Shown here: in pieces, positions 1 to 12,414 of the stretch
How the letters are laid out: the number at the start of each line of letters is the position of its first letter
Position numbering within the stretch: the first letter of the stretch is position 1
DNA from: Nemertoderma westbladi
Lineage: Eukaryota > Animalia > Xenacoelomorpha
Length of the DNA stretch: 64,000 nucleotides
Direction: 5' to 3'
NCBI GenBank assembly: GCA_032718475.1
Contig: JAUCBJ010001794.1
Location: 51,090 to 115,089, forward strand
The notes under the pieces: model-generated
Seen by the model: only the letters and a program-made list of their open reading frames with translations
Databases searched by the model: none
What the model was told of the DNA's origin: nothing
Made by a program: the position numbers and the translations under genes

Positions 1-330
1 TCGGCTCGGCTCGGCTCGGCTCGGCTCGGCTCGGCTCGGCTCGGCTCGGCTCGGCTCGGCTCGGCTCGGCTCGGCTCGGCTCGGCTCGGCTCGGCTCGGC
101 CTGGCTCGGCTCGGCTCGGCTCGGCTCGGCTCGGCTCGGCTCGGCTCGGCTCGGCTCGGCTCGGCTCGGCTCGGCTCGGCTCGGCTCGGCTCGGCTCGGC
201 TCGGCTCGGCTCGGCTCGGCCTGGCTCGGCTCGGCTCGGCTCGGCTCGGCTCGGCTCGGCTCGGCTTGGCCTGGCTCGGCTCGGCTAGGCTCGGCTCGGC
301 ACAGCTCGGCTCGGCTCGGCTTGGCTCGGT
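1..330. repeat. (GGCTC)n pentanucleotide satellite
   Basis: Near-pure tandem GGCTC. Confidence 0.98.
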
Positions 331-1311
331 CTGAGTCGACTCCCCGTGCTGCTCGAAGGGCGCAAATACATATATCGAAGGGTCAAAGCAAAACTCACGT
401 GCTGCTCGAAGGGACAAAGTCAAACATTGTGTCTATTATTTGATCATCTCACGTGCTGCTAGAAGGGCGCAACTACATATAACGAAACAAGCCCCTGTCT
501 TGTATTTTAATTATATCAGAAATCGTTGCCTTCAGTACAAATATCTAAAAATTCATTCACCTGAAGTATGGGTAACATTATAAATTCGTTTTTCGCACAG
601 TAGAGTTAACTAAGCAAATACCCTCCAGGTTGACTGAATGGTTTTATTAATGTTTGCCATGCATAATGTACTATATTTGGGTCCCATGACCCACCCCATT
701 GAACAGCTTTGCTTACATCTGATAGAGAGTAATCCCAAATTAACTTCTCTCTACGAAAATTATTTTAATTAAATACATACAACATAGCAGTCAACTCTGC
801 TATCAACAGTACACAATAACTAAAATGGCATTCAGCTTACCAGCTATTCGCATTAAGCTAATAGATATTCGATTTCATTGGATTCAGTGAGTGTGTGAGG
901 GCTATTGGGAGAGCAATCAGCTTATGATGTAATACATTAGAATCCCACAGCTTTTGTTTGCTTACTGTCTGAGTTGTAGAGTGAGGATAATACTTGGCAG
1001 AGAAAGCATTTCCTTGTTAGGTGGCCATTCCTATTGTAATATCATTACTAGGCTATCTCTATTCATTTTTCATGAGTGCCAGCTGGTGTTTTTATCATTG
1101 CGCCTATGGCGTTTTTTCGTTTATGTCTATTTTTCGAGCCCACGGCTCATGGACGAAATAGCGGAACATACAAGGGACCTTAGAATCGCCGTATCTAGCC
1201 GCCGTGAAAATTTCATCAAAATCGTTAGAGTAGTTTTGGCTGTAGATCAGTCAGCCAGCCAGCCAGCCAGTCTCGAGCAATTCTTACAGTAATGAACCTC
1301 TCGGTTCCTAA
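1..1311 (-). mobile_element. G-type unit (A ends), cut by window edge
   Basis: (GGCTC)n, CACGTG repeat, G body, core, end TCGGTTCCTAA at 1301-1311. Confidence 0.8.
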
Positions 1312-2796
1312 CTAGAGACGGCGTCAAGACGCCGTTAAGCAAGTCGGAAGTCGTCAATCAAAGGTAAGTTCCCTCAACAATGTTTACCTTTGTTCAGAAG
1401 GGAAGTGTTATTTATCTATGGTCAGAGAGAGATCCCACTCTGTAATTTGGCAATTGCTCAAATCCATTCAGCTGAATGACTCAGTAGAGTAAACTAAAGT
1501 AAATTCCCTCAGCCTCAACAATGTTTGCCTATGGTGTGAAGGGAATCTGACAGAGAATAATCTTAGCCACTAAATGTCATTCACCTAACAAAACATTTTG
1601 AATGCCACAGTGATTAACCCAATACAGATAATAAGCAGTTATTTTTATATTTCAAACTATAATGTTAGTGTAAGCCTTACAGAGTATCAGTATGAGGCTG
1701 AGTAAACATTCCGCCTTATAAGCATACAGCCTCCACAGTATTAATGTTGGCCAAAAGATTTAAAAATAAAATACAGTGCAATAGTACTCTGTAACCTACA
1801 GTCATTCAGCTTGCACTAAATATCAATCACCTATAAAACATTTAAACATTTTGAATGCCACAGTGTGTAACCTGATACAGATAATAAGCAGTGATTTTTA
1901 TGTTTTAAACTATAACGTTAGTGTTAGCCTTACAGTGTATCAGTATGAAGCTGAGTAAACATTCGCCTTACAAGCATACAACCTCCAAAGTATTAATGTT
2001 GGACGAAAGATTTAAAAATAAAATACAGTGCAGTAGTACTCTGTAACTAACAGTCATTCAGCTTGCACTAAATGTCAATCACCTATAAAACATTTTGAAT
2101 GTCACAGTGATTATTAACCCAATACAGATAATAAGAAGTGATTTTTATATTTCAAACTATAATGTTAGTCTTAGCCTTACAGAGTATCAGTATAAGGCTG
2201 AGTAAACATTCCACCTTATAAGCATACAGCCTCCACAGTATTAATGTTGGCATAATGTAGCCGATACACTGTATACCTAATAGTCATTCAGCAGGGGAAA
2301 GAGTTATTCAGCTGAGGCGGTAATAGATTGCAAACTAAACCAACCAGTTGGCAGCCTCATCGATTTATACTAAGCCTGTGTAGAACCACAAACTAAATCA
2401 ACCAGTTAATATTTGCTTTGACAGAGAGTGCAGGGCCTAAACAAACAGTATGGGTGTACTGAGTACAATAATCTTGGCAACCTCATCGATTTATACTAAG
2501 CCTTGTGTAGAAATCCATTACATAAGCCATTTTTCAGCAGGACACCAGCTGTCATTGGTGTTATTTTACCATTGCGCCTATGGCGTTTTTTCGTTTATGT
2601 CTATTTTTCGAGCCCAGAGGCTATGGACGGAGTAGCCGATCATGCCAGGGACCTTAGAATCGCGGTATCTAGATGCTGTGAAAATTTCATCAAAATCGTT
2701 AGAGCAGTTTTGGCTGTAGATCAGTCAGTCAGCCAGTCAGTCAGCCAGTCAATCAGCAAACAATTCTTACAGTAATCAAGTCTAACGACTTGCTAA
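1312..2796 (-). mobile_element. B-long unit with about 3 internal ~250-bp tandem repeats
   Basis: Starts CTAGAG-ACGGCGTC AA GACGCCGT-TAAGCAAGTCG and ends CGACTTGCTAA. AAACATTTTGAATG recurs near 1592, 1845 and 2088. Confidence 0.85.
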
Positions 2797-3804
2797 TAAA
2801 ATACTGCAACTTTTTTGAAATTTGTAAAATTATAGAACTAGAAAAAATTAAATTTTGAACGGCGCTGTTTGGGGTTTCGAAACATGGATAGGCTGAAAGA
2901 GGACATCGAATTAAGTTGAAAAATAAAAACCCCATCAAATTTGGACAAAGCGTTCCGGAGATATAGCGGATCGAAAAAAATTGACCCCCCCCCCCCCCCC
3001 CCCCCCAGTCGCCAAAAATTTACAGTAATTTCAAATTTTGCAAAAAAAATTTTTTGCGTTATTTTTGATGGCGAATCGATTGGCAGTACTGGCTACGAAA
3101 AAATTTTTTTGAAATTTTTGGTCAGAAAAAAACATGGAAAAAGTATCTTTTTAAAAAGATTTGATGTCTTTGCCTATGGTCAGAGAATGATCCAAATCTG
3201 TAACTTGGCAATCGCTCAAATCCATTCAGCTGAATAGCACAGTAGAGTAAACTAAAGTAAATTCCCTATACAATGTTCTGAAGGGGAGACTGACAGAGAG
3301 TAATCCAACAATAAAACATTTTGCAATAATGTTGGCATTAATGTAGCCACCAACCAGTTAATATTTGTTTTGACAGAGAGTGGTAGGGCCTAAACAAACA
3401 GTATGGGTGTACTAAATATAATAATCTTGGCAACCTCATCGATTTATTACTAAGCCTTGTGTAGAAAAGCATTACATAAGCCATTTTTCATCAGGACACC
3501 AGCTGTCATGGGTGTTATTTTACCATTGCGCCTATGGCGTTTTTTTCGTTTATCTCTATTTTTCGAGCCCAGAGGCTATGGACGGAGTAGCCGATCATGC
3601 CAGGGACCTTAGAATCGTGGTATCTAGATGCTGTGAAAATTTCATCAAAATCGTTAGTGGCTAGGCTAGGCTAGTGAGATTTTATCAAAATCGTTAGAGT
3701 AGTTTTGGCTGTAGGTCAGTCAGTCAGTCAGTCAGTCAATCAATCAATCAGTCAGCCAGCCAGCCACGAGCAATTCTTACAGTAATGAACCTCTCGGTTC
3801 CTAA
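2797..3804 (-). mobile_element. Truncated A unit lacking its hairpin end
   Basis: Begins mid-body at TAAAATACTGCAAC; ends TCGGTTCCTAA. Confidence 0.8.
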
Positions 3805-5022
3805 CTAGTGACGACGTCAAGACGCCGTTAAGCAAGTTGGAAGTCATCAATCAAATGTAAATTCCATCAACAATGTTTGGCTATGGTCTGAAGGAAAGTG
3901 TTATTTACCTATGGTCAGAGAGAGAGATTCCACTCTGTAACTTGGCAATTACTCAATTCCATTCACCTGAATGGCACAGTAGAGTAAACTAAAGTAAATT
4001 CCCTCAACAATGTTTGCCTTTGTTCTGAAGGGAAGCCAGTAAATGCCATTCACCTATAAAACATTGTTAATGCCTCAGTGTATAACCTGATACAGATATT
4101 AAGCATTAATTTTTATTCTTCAAACTATAATATTAGCCTATGGAGAATCATATTATGTGGCTGATTAAACATACATTTTTATAAACATACAGTCTCCACA
4201 GTATCAATGTTGGCATTAATGTAGCCAATACACTGTGTACCTAACAGTCATTCTGCAGGGGGAAGGGTTATTCAGCTGAGGCAGTAATAGATCGCAAACT
4301 AAACCAAGGAGTTGGCAGCCTCATCGATTTATACTAAGCCTGTGTAGAACCATAAACGCAGTGATTTTTATATTTCAAACTATAATGTTAGTCTTAGCCT
4401 TACAGAGTATCAGTATATGGCTGAGTAAACATTCCACCTTATAAGAATACAGCCTCCACAGTATTAATGTTGGCATTAATGTAGCCAATACACTGTACCT
4501 AACAGTCATTCAGCAGGGGGATGAGTTATTCAGCTGAGGCGGTAATAGATTGCAAACTAAACCAACGAGGTGGCAGCCTCATCGATTTATATTAAGCCTG
4601 TGTAGAACCACAAACTAAATCAACCAGTTAATGTTTGCTTTTACAGAGAGTGCAGGGCCTAAACAAACAGTATGGTTGTACTAAGTACAATACTCTTGGC
4701 AACCTCATCGATTTATACTAAGCCTTGTGTAGAAATGCATTACATAAGACATTTTTCATCAGGACACCAGCTGTCATGGGTGTTATTTTACCATTGCGCC
4801 TATGGCGTTTTTTCGTTTATCTCTATTTTTCGAGCCCAGAGGCTATGGACGGAGTAGCCGATCATGCCAGGGACCTTAGAATCGCGGTATCTAGATGCTG
4901 TGAAAATTTCATCAAAATCGTTAGAGCAGTTTTGGCTGAAGATCAGTCAGTCAGCCAGCCGGCCAGTCAGCCAGCCAGTCAGTCAACAATTCTTACAGTA
5001 ATCAAGTCTAACGACTTGCTAA
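3805..5022 (-). mobile_element. Variant B unit (B') with internal duplication
   Basis: B hairpin and subTIR each with a substitution (ACGACGTCAAGACGCCGT, AGCAAGTTG); B end at 5012-5022. Confidence 0.8.
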
Positions 5023-6522
5023 CTAGTGACGGGCCTAGCGGCCCGATAAGGAACCGACTTTTTATTTTAAATAAGAGACAACGAGAATTAGTATAGAACT
5101 AATAATTATATAAAAATACAATCATATTATATACAATAATTATTAATAAATTCGATCTATTATTAGTTGCTCAATTCTAGAACAAAATCGACCTGCAACT
5201 AGTGAAGACCTCGTTTTGGAATTTCGAAACCACGCTGGTGCGATGCGCGATATCGTGTTTAGTTAATAAATTGAAAACTCCATCAATTCATGTGCAACCA
5301 GTAATAAGAAATCGCGATAAATGTAATTTAATAAAAATTATTCTAGAAAAATTTTCCTCAAAAAGTATGAAGTCTTGGCGTTGGTGACGCGAAACTAGGC
5401 TAGTGAGATTCAGGATATTGCGTTTAATATAAAAATCGAAAACGCTATCGAATTCCGTAAAGGCGTTAATAAAATACTGCAACTTTTTTGAAATTTGTAA
5501 AATTCTAGAACTAGAAAAAATTAAATTTTGAACGGCGCTGTTTGGGGTTTGGAAACATGGATAGGCTGAAAGAGGACATCGAATTAAGTTGAAAAATGAA
5601 AACCCCATCGAATTTGGACAAAGCGTTTCCGGAGTTATAGCGGATCGAAAAAAATTGACCCCCCCCCCCCCCCCCCAGTCGCCAAAAATTTACAGTAATT
5701 TAAAATTTTGCAAAAAAAATTTTTTGCGTTATTTTTGATGGCGAATCGATTGGCAGTACTGGCTACGAAAAATTTTTTTTTTAAATTTTTGGTCAGAAAA
5801 AAAAACATGGAAAAAGTATATTTTTAAAAAGATTTGATGTCTTTGCCTATGGTCAGAGAATGATCCAACTCTGTAACTTGGCAATCGCTCAAATCCATTC
5901 AGCTGAATGGCACAGTAGAGTAAACTAAAGTAAAATCCCTATACAATGTTCCGAAGGGGAGACTGACAGAGAGTAATCCAACAATAAAACATTTTGCAAT
6001 AATGTTGGCATTAATGTAGCCAACTCACTGTGTACGTAACAGTCATTCAGCTTACATTAGCAGAGTGAGATATTCCCATAGATTGCATTAGGAAGAGTAA
6101 TTCAGCTGAGGCGATATTAGATTTCAAACTAAACCAACCAGTTAATATTTGCTTTGACAGAGTGTCCTAGGGCCTAAACAAACAGTATGGGTGTACTAAG
6201 TACAATAATCTTGGCAACCTCATCGATTTATACTAAGCCTTGTGTAGAAATCCATTACATAAGCCATTTTTCATCATGACACCAGCTGTTATTGGTGTTA
6301 TTTTACCATTGCGCCTATGGCGTTTTTTCGTTTATGTCTATTTTTCGAGCCCAGAGGCTATGGACGGAGTAGCCGATCATGCCAGGGACCTTAGAATCGC
6401 GGTATCTAGATGCTGTGAAAATTTCATCAAAATCGTTAGAGCAGTTTTGGCTGTAGATCAGTCAGTCAGCCAGTCAATCAGCAAACAATTCTTACAGTAA
6501 TAATGAACCTCTCGGTTCCTAA
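5023..6522 (-). mobile_element. A unit
   Basis: CTAGTGA-CGGGCC TAGC GGCCCG-ATAAGGAACCGA ... TCGGTTCCTAA. Confidence 0.85.
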
Positions 6523-8007
6523 CTAGAGACGGCGTCAAGACGCCGTTAAGCAAGTCGGAAGTCGTCAATCAAAGGTAAGTTCCCTCAACAATGTTTACCT
6601 TTGTTCAGAAGGGAAGTGTTATTTATCTATGGTCAGAGAGAGATCCCACTCTGTAATTTGGCAATTGCTCAAATCCATTCAGCTGAATGACTCAGTAGAG
6701 TAAACTAAAGTAAATTCCCTCAGCCTCAACAATGTTTGCCTATGGTGTGAAGGGAATCTGACAGAGAATAATCTTAGCCACTAAATGTCATTCACCTAAC
6801 AAAACATTTTGAATGCCACAGTGATTAACCCAATACAGATAATAAGCAGTTATTTTTATATTTCAAACTATAATGTTAGTGTAAGCCTTACAGAGTATCA
6901 GTATGAGGCTGAGTAAACATTCCGCCTTATAAGCATACAGCCTCCACAGTATTAATGTTGGCCAAAAGATTTAAAAATAAAATACAGTGCAATAGTACTC
7001 TGTAACCTACAGTCATTCAGCTTGCACTAAATATCAATCACCTATAAAACATTTAAACATTTTGAATGCCACAGTGTGTAACCTGATACAGATAATAAGC
7101 AGTGATTTTTATGTTTTAAACTATAACGTTAGTGTTAGCCTTACAGTGTATCAGTATGAAGCTGAGTAAACATTCGCCTTACAAGCATACAACCTCCAAA
7201 GTATTAATGTTGGACGAAAGATTTAAAAATAAAATACAGTGCAGTAGTACTCTGTAACTAACAGTCATTCAGCTTGCACTAAATGTCAATCACCTATAAA
7301 ACATTTTGAATGTCACAGTGATTATTAACCCAATACAGATAATAAGAAGTGATTTTTATATTTCAAACTATAATGTTAGTCTTAGCCTTACAGAGTATCA
7401 GTATAAGGCTGAGTAAACATTCCACCTTATAAGCATACAGCCTCCACAGTATTAATGTTGGCATAATGTAGCCGATACACTGTATACCTAATAGTCATTC
7501 AGCAGGGGAAAGAGTTATTCAGCTGAGGCGGTAATAGATTGCAAACTAAACCAACCAGTTGGCAGCCTCATCGATTTATACTAAGCCTGTGTAGAACCAC
7601 AAACTAAATCAACCAGTTAATATTTGCTTTGACAGAGAGTGCAGGGCCTAAACAAACAGTATGGGTGTACTGAGTACAATAATCTTGGCAACCTCATCGA
7701 TTTATACTAAGCCTTGTGTAGAAATCCATTACATAAGCCATTTTTCAGCAGGACACCAGCTGTCATTGGTGTTATTTTACCATTGCGCTTATGGCGTTTT
7801 TTCGTTTATGTCTATTTTTCGAGCCCAGAGGCTATGGACGGAGTAGCCAATCATGCCAGGGACCTTAGAATCGCGGTATCTAGATGCTGTGAAAATTTCA
7901 TCAAAATCGTTAGAGCAGTTTTGGCTGTAGATCAGTCAGTCAGCCAGTCAGTCAGCCAGTCAATCAGCAAACAATTCTTACAGTAATCAAGTCTAACGAC
8001 TTGCTAA
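6523..8007 (-). mobile_element. B-long unit, near-identical to 1312-2796
   Basis: Same length (1485 bp), offset 5211, matched B ends. Confidence 0.85.
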
Positions 8008-9508
8008 CTAGTGACGGGCCTAGCGGCCCGATAAGGAACCGACTTTTTATTTCAAATAAAAGAGACAACGAGAATTATTATAGAACTAATAATTATGTAA
8101 AAATACAATCTTATTTCATACAATAATTATTAATAAATTCGATCTATTATTAGTTACTCAATTCTAGAACAAAATCGACCTGCAACTAGTGAAGACCTCG
8201 TTTTGGAATTTCGAAACCACGCTGGTGCGATGCGCGATATCGTGTTTAGTTAATAAATTGAAAACTCCATCAATTCAAGTGCAACCAGTAATAAGAAATC
8301 GCGATAAATGTAATTAAATAAAAATTATTCTAGAAAAATTTTCCTCAAAAAGTATGAAGTCTTGGCGTTGGTGACGCGAAACTAGGCTAGTGAGATTCAG
8401 GATATTGCGTTTAATATAAAAATCGAAAACGCTATCGAATTCCGTAAAGGGGTTAATAAAATACTGCAACTTTTTTGAAATTTGTAAAATTCTAGAACTG
8501 GAAAAAATTAATTTTTGAACGGCGCTGTTTGGGGTTTGGAAACATGGATAGGCTGAAAGAGGACATCAAATTAAGTTGAAAAATGAAAACCCCATCGAAT
8601 TTGGACAAAGCGTTCCGGAGTTATAGCGGATCGAAAAAAATTGACCCCCCCCCAGTCGCCAAAAATTTACAGTAATTTAAAATTTTGCAAAAAAAATTTT
8701 TTGCGTTATTTTTGATGGCGAATCGATTGGCAGTACTAGCTACGAAAAATTTTTTTTTGAAATTTTTGGTCAGAAAAAAAAACATGGAAAAAGTATATTT
8801 TTAAAAACATTTGATGTCTTTGCCTATGGTCAGAGAATGATCCAACTCTGTAACTTGGCAATCGCTCAAATCCATTCAGCTGAATGGCACAGTAGAGTAA
8901 ACTAAAGTAAGTTCCCTATACAATGTTCTGAAGGGGTGACTGACAGAGAGTAATCCAACAATAAAACATTTTGCAATAATGTTGGCATTAATGTAGCCAA
9001 CTCACTGTGTATGTAACAGTCATTCAGCTTACATTAGCAGAGTGAGATATTCCCATAGAATGCATTGGGAAGAGTAATTCAGCTGAGGCGATATTAGATT
9101 TCAAACTAAACCAACCAGTTAATAATGTTTGCTTTGACAGAGAGTGGTGGCCTATACAAACAGTATGGGTGTACTGAGTATAATAATCTTGGCAACCTCA
9201 TCGATTTATTACTAAGCCTTCCGTAGAAATGCATTACATAAGCCATTTTTCATCACAACACCAGCTGTTATTGGTGATATTTTGCCATTGCGCCAATGGC
9301 GTTTTTTCGTTTATGTCTATTTTTCGAGCCCACGGCTCATGGACGAAATAGCGGAACATACCAGGGACCTTAGAATCGCGGTATCTAGCCGCTGTGAAAA
9401 TTTCATCAAAATCGTTAGAGCAGTTTTGGCTGTAGATCAGCCAGCCAGTCAGTCAGCCAGCCAGTCAGTCAACAATTCTTACAGTAATCAAGTCTAACGA
9501 CTTGCTAA
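8008..9508 (-). mobile_element. A-body unit with discordant B-type far end
   Basis: A start and body, but ends CAAGTCTAACGACTTGCTAA. Confidence 0.8.
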
Positions 9509-9819
9509 CTAGAGACGGCGTCAAGACGCCGTTAAGCAAGTCGGAAGTCATCAATCAAATGTAAATTCCATCAACAAGCTGTCATTGGTGTTATTTTACC
9601 ATTGCGCCTATGGCGTTTTTTCGTTTATGTCTATTTTTCGAGCCCACGGCTCATGGACGAAATAGCGGAACATACCAGGGACCTTAGAATCGCGGTATCT
9701 AGCCGCTGTGAAAATTTCATCAAAATCGTTAGAGTAGTTTTGGCTGTAGATCAGCCAGTCAGCAGCCAGCCAGTCAATCAGCCAACAATTCTTACAGTAA
9801 TGAACCTCTCGGTTCCTAA
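9509..9819 (-). mobile_element. B-mini unit with discordant A-type far end
   Basis: ~70 bp of B start fused to the core; ends GAACCTCTCGGTTCCTAA. Confidence 0.8.
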
Positions 9820-10927
9820 CTAGAGACGGCGTCAAGACGCCGTTAAGCAAGTCGGAAGTCATCAATCAAATATAAATTCCCTCAACAATGTTTACCTATG
9901 GTCAGAATGGAAGGGCTATTTACCTATGGTCAGAGAGAGATCCCACTCTGTAATTTGGCAATTGCTCAAATTCATTCAGTTGAATGGCACAGTAGAGTGA
10001 ACTAAACTAAATTCCCTCAACAATGTTTGGCTATGGTCTGAAAGAACTAACAGTCATTCAGCTTGCACAATGTCAATCACCTACAGTATAAAACATTTAG
10101 AATGCCACAGTGTGTATCCTGATACAGATAATAAGCAGTGATATATATATTTCAAACTATAATGTTAGTGTTAGCCTTACACAGTATCAGTATGAGGCTG
10201 AGTAAACATTCCACCTTATAAGCATACTGCCTCCACAGAATTAATGTTGGCCGAAAGATTTAAAAATAAAACAATTATTATTATAAATACAGTGCAATCC
10301 AATAGTACCCAACACACTGTGTAACTAACAGTCAATCAGCTTACACGTCAATTAACATAGAAGAGAGAGTAACCTTGTAGATCGCCATAGAAAGCATTGG
10401 GAAGAGTTATTCAGCTGAGGCTGTAATAGCCGGCTAACCCAGTGAATGATTATAAAGTTGGCACTGTATGTACTTCCTTGTTAGGTGGCTCCCTATAGAA
10501 TAGCAAACCAACCAGTTGATGTTTGTTTGCACAGAGTGGTTGGTAGGGCCTAAACAAACAGTATGGGTGTACTAAGTATAATACTCTTGGCAACCTCATC
10601 TATTTAATACTAAGCCTTGTGTAGAATTGCATTACATAAGTCATTTTTCATCAGGACACCAGCTGTCATGGGTGTTATTTTACCATTGCGCCTATGGCGT
10701 TTTTTTCGTTTATCTCTATTTTTCGAGCCCAGAGGCTATGGACGGAGTAGCCGATCATGCCAGGGACCTTAGAATCGCGGTATCTAGATGCTGTGAAAAT
10801 TTCATCAAAATCGTTAGAGTAGTTTTGGCTGTAGATCAGCCAGCCAGCCAGCCAGCCAGTCAGCCAGCCAGCCAGCCAGTCAGTCAGTCAACAATTCTTA
10901 CAGTAATCAAGTCTAACGACTTGCTAA
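9820..10927 (-). mobile_element. B unit (~1.1 kb)
   Basis: Matched B ends. Confidence 0.85.
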
Positions 10928-12414
10928 CTAGTGACGGGCCTAGCGGCCCGATAAGGAACCGACTTTTTATTTTAAATAAAAGAGACAACGAGAATTAGTA
11001 TAGAACTAATAATTATGTAAAAATACAATCATATTTCATACAATAATTATTAATAAATTCGATCTATTATTAGTTGCTCCATTCTAGAACAAAATCGACC
11101 TGCAACTAGTGAAGACCTCGTTTTGGAATTTCGAAACCACGCTGGTGCGATGCGCGATATCGTGTTTAGTTAATAAATTGAAAACTCCATCAATTCATGT
11201 GCATCCAGTAATAAGAAATCGCGATAAATGTAATTAAATAAAAATTATTCTAGAAAAATTTTCCTCAAAAAGTATGAAGTCTTGGCATTGGTGACGCGAA
11301 ACTAGGCTAGTGAGATTCAGGATATTGCGTTTAATATAAAAATCGAAAACGCTATCGAATTCCGTAAAGGCGTTAATAAAATACTGCAACTTTTTTGAAA
11401 TTTGTAAAATTCTAGAACTAGAAAAAATTTATTTTTGAACGGCGTTGTTTGGGGTTTCGAAACATGGATAGGCTGAAAGAGGACATCGAATTAAGTTGAA
11501 AAATGAAAACCCCATCGAATTTGGACAAAGCGTTCCGGAGTTATAGCGGATCGAAAAAAATTGACCCCCCCCAGTCGCCAAAAATTTACAGTAATTTAAA
11601 ATTTTGCAAAAAAATTTTTTTGCGTTATTTTTGATGGCGAATCGATTGGCAGTACTGGCTACAAAAATTTTTTTTTGAAATTTTTGGTCAGAAAAAAAAA
11701 CATGGAAAAAGTATATTTTAACAAGATTTGCCTTTGCCTATGGTCAGATAATGATCCAACTCTGTAACTTGGCAATCGCTCAAATCCCTTCAGCTGAATG
11801 GCACAGTAGAGTAAACTAAAGTAAATTTCCTATACAATGTTCTGAAGGGGAGACTGACAGAGAGTAATCAAACAATAAAACATTTTGCAATAATGTTGGC
11901 ATTAATGTAGCCAACACACTGTGTACTTAAGTCATTCAGCTTACATTAGCAGAGTGAGATATTCCCATAGATTGCATTGGGAAGAGTAATTCAGCTGAGG
12001 CGATATTAGATTTCAAACTAAACCAACCCGTTAATGTTTGCTTTGACAGAGAGTGGTGGCCTATACAAACAGTATGGGTGTACTGAGTATAATAATCTTG
12101 GCAACCTCATCGATTTATTACTAAGCCTTCTGTAGAAATGCATTACATAAGCCATTTTTCATCACGACACCAGCTGTTATTGGTGTTTTTTACCATTGCG
12201 CCTATGGCGTTTTTTCGTTTATGTCTATTTTTCGAGCCCACGGCTCATGGACAAAATAGCGGAACATACCAGGGACCTTAGAATCGCGGTATCAAGCCAC
12301 TGTGAAAATTTCATCAAAATCGTTAGAGTAGTTTTGGCTGTAGATCAGTCAGTCAGCCAGCCAGTCAATCAATCAGCCAACAATTCTTACAGTAATGAAC
12401 CTCTCGGTTCCTAA
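10928..12414 (-). mobile_element. A unit
   Basis: Matched A ends. Confidence 0.85.

Noticed and set aside
1100-1311. Shared core interpreted as an LTR
   Set aside because: No TG...CA termini, PBS, PPT or TSD; one core per unit and the termini fit Helentron structure.
1312-1350. GC-rich hairpins as bacterial intrinsic terminators or tRNA/ncRNA genes
   Set aside because: No upstream gene, U-tract or cloverleaf; position at element ends explains them.
2985-3006. Variable poly-C length among A units as a signal
   Set aside because: Homopolymer length is unreliable in sequencing and slips readily.
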